Of a stretch of 64,000 nt of DNA, positions 60,395 through 64,000 are shown piece after piece. Origin of the DNA: Oikopleura dioica (lineage: Eukaryota; Animalia; Chordata); NCBI GenBank assembly GCA_907165135.1, contig OU015570.1, positions 682,001-746,000 of the forward strand, read 5' to 3'. The notes beneath the pieces were generated by a model that worked only from the letters and a program-made list of their open reading frames with translations, had not been told where the DNA came from and searched no databases. Position 1 is the first letter of the stretch. Every line of letters begins with the position of its first letter. Both the position numbers and the translations under genes were made by a program.

Positions 60395-61140
60395 AAATTT
60401 TCGGATTCCCCAATATACTCCTCCCTTCAACTACAACCAAAAAATACACCACATAAATGGCCTTTTCCTCTTCTGGTTTGGGTAATAGATTGGAGATAAT
60501 CGCGTGTCCTATCGATACCATAGTTGGAAAAAACACCCGAAAACCGCGTGCGCGTGCGTGCGCGAATTTTTAAAAAAGTGCGTGCGTGGGCGTGCGCATT
60601 GATTTTCAGAACCCGTGTGTGGACGCGTGCGCGCACGTGCGCACCTTTTAACATAATATTTTTCTTGTGTTTTTAGCTAAAATTTAGGTAAGTTTGATCA
60701 ATTTTTGTATAAATTAAGTTAAATATTGACTTTGATTCTAAACTTTAGAATCTAAAGAATCAAGTGAAGAGCTCTTCGAAAACACCATTAAATGATTATT
60801 CTTTGTTGAGATTTTTGAGAAAATTTTTCGGAAGGACAAAAACTCAAAATTTAGAAGAAAAATCTCGCGTGCGAGTGCGTACGTGTTTTTTCCAACTATG
60901 ATCGATACTGTTCGTAAAGCCGTATTGTAGTGGTTTTACAGAATTGCTCTAATTACGATCACGCCGCGGGGCAAAGCAAAGCTTGCCACGCGAGCACGGC
61001 GCCTAGGTGAAAATGATGGCGCACTTGCGCTGGCGAAATAATCGACTCTAAAACGCGCGCCCTTCCTGAAAAACCAAATAATCCGTTTTAAAACGCCGCT
61101 CTTCAAATTATCCTCACGTCCTGATGCTCGAAATCCGATT
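60395..61140 (+). repeat. Segmental duplicate of 50915-51421 + 53433-53676 (flank, MITE and first 215 bp of the LTR)
   Basis: Near-identical sequence including non-LTR flank. Partial LTR 60926-61140. Confidence 0.9.
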
Positions 61141-61469
61141 TCTTCTCTCTTCTTATTTCGATCTTGTCCTTCTTCTTACTTTGATTCTTTCTTTTCTTTT
61201 TACTTCTTCTATCTCTTCATTTATCTTTTACATAAATTTTGCTTTTTTCTAAGACAAATTATCCAGATTTGGTGCACCGTTGGAAAGATGACCGAGATTT
61301 TCATAGCGTTGTCTCAGTCTGATTCTTCAACTCAAACTCATCGCGGTGGAAATGCGATTTTGATTGTAAGAGACAAACTTTCGGCTCAAGCATGGCCAGT
61401 GCGTGAGAGTCAAATTCTCCCTTGTTGAGCCCGCTACTCAAAATGAGACATAGATTTTACAAGGTTGAA

Positions 61470-62350
61470 TCTTCCAACCTTTCGGGATCCCGAATGTTTC
61501 GGGATTTCCCGAAACGGTCGCAGTAAAAAGGGCCTTTTGTCTTTGAACCTTTCGGGGATGGTTTTCAATAATTTCTATCCAAGAAAAATTTAAAGCCAAA
61601 CAGAAACGTCAGAGTACATCTTTATTGAAGTAAATGGTCCATTTGAAATGGAGGCGCGAAGGAAAAAATAATTAACTCGAAAAAATGGATCTATAGCTCA
61701 TGATGTTCTCTATAAGACAGGCGCGGAGCGCACACATTCTTTTGACTTCAAATTTAACACTTTTTAACTCTGTCTCGAGCATTCAAAATTATCCTATCTC
61801 GAGCGCGAGCACACGGCCGTGAGCTCGCCCATCTAGAGAAAATGTCATTTCATTCTCTCTCTTGTCTGTGCGAGGGGCATTTATTGAAAGAAAGCTGGTC
61901 TGTTAGAAAGTAAATAAAACAGTCCTGATCACCGCAAGCCTCTTTGGTCATTTTGGGGGTGACCCGTCCCGATCCGACCGTGAAAAGGGTGGTCGGCGCC
62001 GACCCTGGCCCTCAGCACAGACAAGAGAGAGAGAAATGAACTGACATTTTTTCTCTAGATGGGCGAGCTCATGGCCGTGTGCTCGCGCTCGAGATAGGGT
62101 TAACGGTCTGGCCTTCTTAGACCATTGAATTCGACGAAGGCAGATAGAGTTATCTTTTGATGAGTGAAATGCGCTAATTCGGCATTTATGCCACATTTTT
62201 AAAACTTAATCCTCAACAAAACTCCCGAAAGATTTGGGCGATCCCGAAAGGTTCGGGAAATCCCGAAAGATTCGGGAGTAATCCCGAAACATTCGGGAAA
62301 TCCTGAAACATTCGGGAAATCCCGAAACATTCGGGATCCCGAAAGGTTGG
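61470..62350. repeat. Inverted-repeat element with cccgaaa(c/g)attcggga ~14-bp subrepeats
   Basis: ttccaacctttcgggatcccgaatgtttcggg / cccgaaacattcgggatcccgaaaggttggaa. No TSD found. Confidence 0.55.
61768..62099. mobile_element. piggyBac-like MITE
   Basis: TTAA both sides. TIR ccctatctcgagcgcgagcacacggcc. Confidence 0.8.
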
Positions 62351-62989
62351 AAGTGACAACCATTTTACAATTGCTATATAAGAAGCTCGCATGCGATATA
62401 CCATCATTCTCAGAGCTGACTGTCGGAATTGAATTTGTTATTTTATTGCTCTGCTGCGGAGGACTATACCTGCTGGAAAACATGAGCGCTGGGAGAGCTC
62501 AAAAGTCAAGAAAAAATGACTTTTTCTATTCTGGAAAATGAATTTCAAAATCAACAATGAATAAATACTTTTTCTACTAGATTTTCCTAGTAACGCTGTC
62601 TGTGGGCGGTGGATATAGAGGATTGAAGTTGGATAAGAGGATTAAAAGTCCATTTTCACCTTCTTATCCATCCTCACTTGACACATTCGACGTCATATTG
62701 TTTTGATTATTCAATTTATTTAATTCATTTTAAATGTTTTTTCATTTTGTGAAAAGTTCTCCAGGAAATCAGATCTTCCATCCGGTAAATCTTCCAGCAT
62801 AAAAGTCCTTTGACATCCTCCGAAATCACGTGAACAAAATGTTCAGTGTATTATATAATCTTCTTTATTTATTGGTCTTCAGCAAAATGGATCTTCAATT
62901 GGAGGAGTCCTCCGGAACAGAAGGGTCCTCCAAGGTCAGGTGATCAAAAAGTGACTGAAAATTCTATGTGTTAGACTTTATGCCAGTGA

Positions 62990-63120
62990 TTATTGGTCTT
63001 CCAGCAAAGAGGTCTTCCAGCAAAAAGGTCTTCCAGTAGAAAGGGTCCTCCACGGGTCTTTCTAGAGATCACGTGGTCAAAAACAAATTGATAAGAGTTA
63101 TCAGAGGTTCAACCTTCGGT
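62990..63120 (+). repeat. Dispersed repeat matching 6800-6930
   Basis: gtcttccagcaaagaggtcttccagcaaaaaggtcttccagtagaa..ggttcaaccttcggtc. Confidence 0.8.
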
Positions 63121-64000
63121 CGGTTGAAACTTCGAACAGTTCGGGATCCCGAATGATTCGGGATTTCCCGAATCATTGGAAGAGAAAATGGAGGTTTTTC
63201 TCTTCGAACGAAAAAAGTAAAGTAAATTAAAAAATATAGAACAAATTTGTAGTGATCTGTTCGGAAGTTCATCGATGCTCAAGAGCCAAAAATATATTTT
63301 CATAACAAATGAATGAATCACCCGTAAAATTTCCTACAAGACAGGCGCAAAGCGCATTCACACTCGTTGACTCTAAAAATCATCGGAATTTGAATCTCTG
63401 TCAATTTCTATTAATAAGAAAGATTTCATTATCTACAGTAGGCCTTTGATCTCATTTAAAAATGCGAAAATTCGACCCTTCTGTTAGATAAAAGTTCCTT
63501 ACACTCCCGAACCATTCAGGATTACCATGAAGTTGAGCAGTTAAGGGAGATAGGAGAATCTGCCCATGTCTGAAGACATGTGGCGAGAGATATTGGCCCT
63601 GGTCATGGGCATTTCTGAGCGCACCTAATCTTGGGGAGAAGCCGCGCTAACCCTTGTCGGCTCTCTCATTGGCTCAGACCCGTTTACTTTCCAGATTCTG
63701 TTCTTCAGAATCTCGAGATTCTTCTAAACCGCCAAGCAAGTGCTTAAGAAATTTTCTAGACTTCCCCGACAGTGATTTGCGCGGGAAACGGGGAAGGGGG
63801 CCCAGGGGCTTTCTCCCACAAGAGTTAAACTTCATGGTACAATAGTGTTTGAGTGCAGAAAGCAGTATGTTAGGCAAGAATCGCTCTTGCCCGTAGCAAA
63901 CGCTTGTGACCATTTCTGGTTACTTCCGGTCTACTTCCGGTCACTTCCGGTTCACTTCCGGTCACTTTCGATTCACTTGTGGTTAACCTCCAGATCATTA

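Noticed and set aside
62347-62541. 64-aa ORF with a hydrophobic segment
   Set aside because: Starts at a non-ATG codon inside a repeat end, with no splice or promoter support.

Overview
Eukaryotic, AT-rich window made almost entirely of transposons. It contains no prokaryotic features. The host is probably a chordate or tunicate: this is an inference from a vertebrate-type sarcomeric myosin fragment, env-bearing Ty3/Gypsy elements resembling the Oikopleura Tor family, and short GT-AG introns. Four Ty3/Gypsy LTR retroelements dominate. E1 (13752-20516, -) has a CCCH-finger Gag and an intact non-env extra ORF bracketed by duplicated PPTs. E2 (22037-30470, +) has a SAP-domain Gag, an F-like env and a Thr-rich 3' region. 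E3 (30713-40462, +) has a 3-knuckle Gag, an F-like env and a divergent pair of accessory ORFs. E4 (53462-~60390, +) is a disrupted sister copy of E1. The rest is dozens of nested non-autonomous DNA transposons (hAT-, MULE-, Tc1/pogo- and piggyBac-like, classed by TSD and TIR), a 56-bp hairpin tandem-repeat family, a captured myosin heavy chain fragment and one small spliced membrane-protein gene. All assignments come from manual translation and motif recognition. No database search was run.
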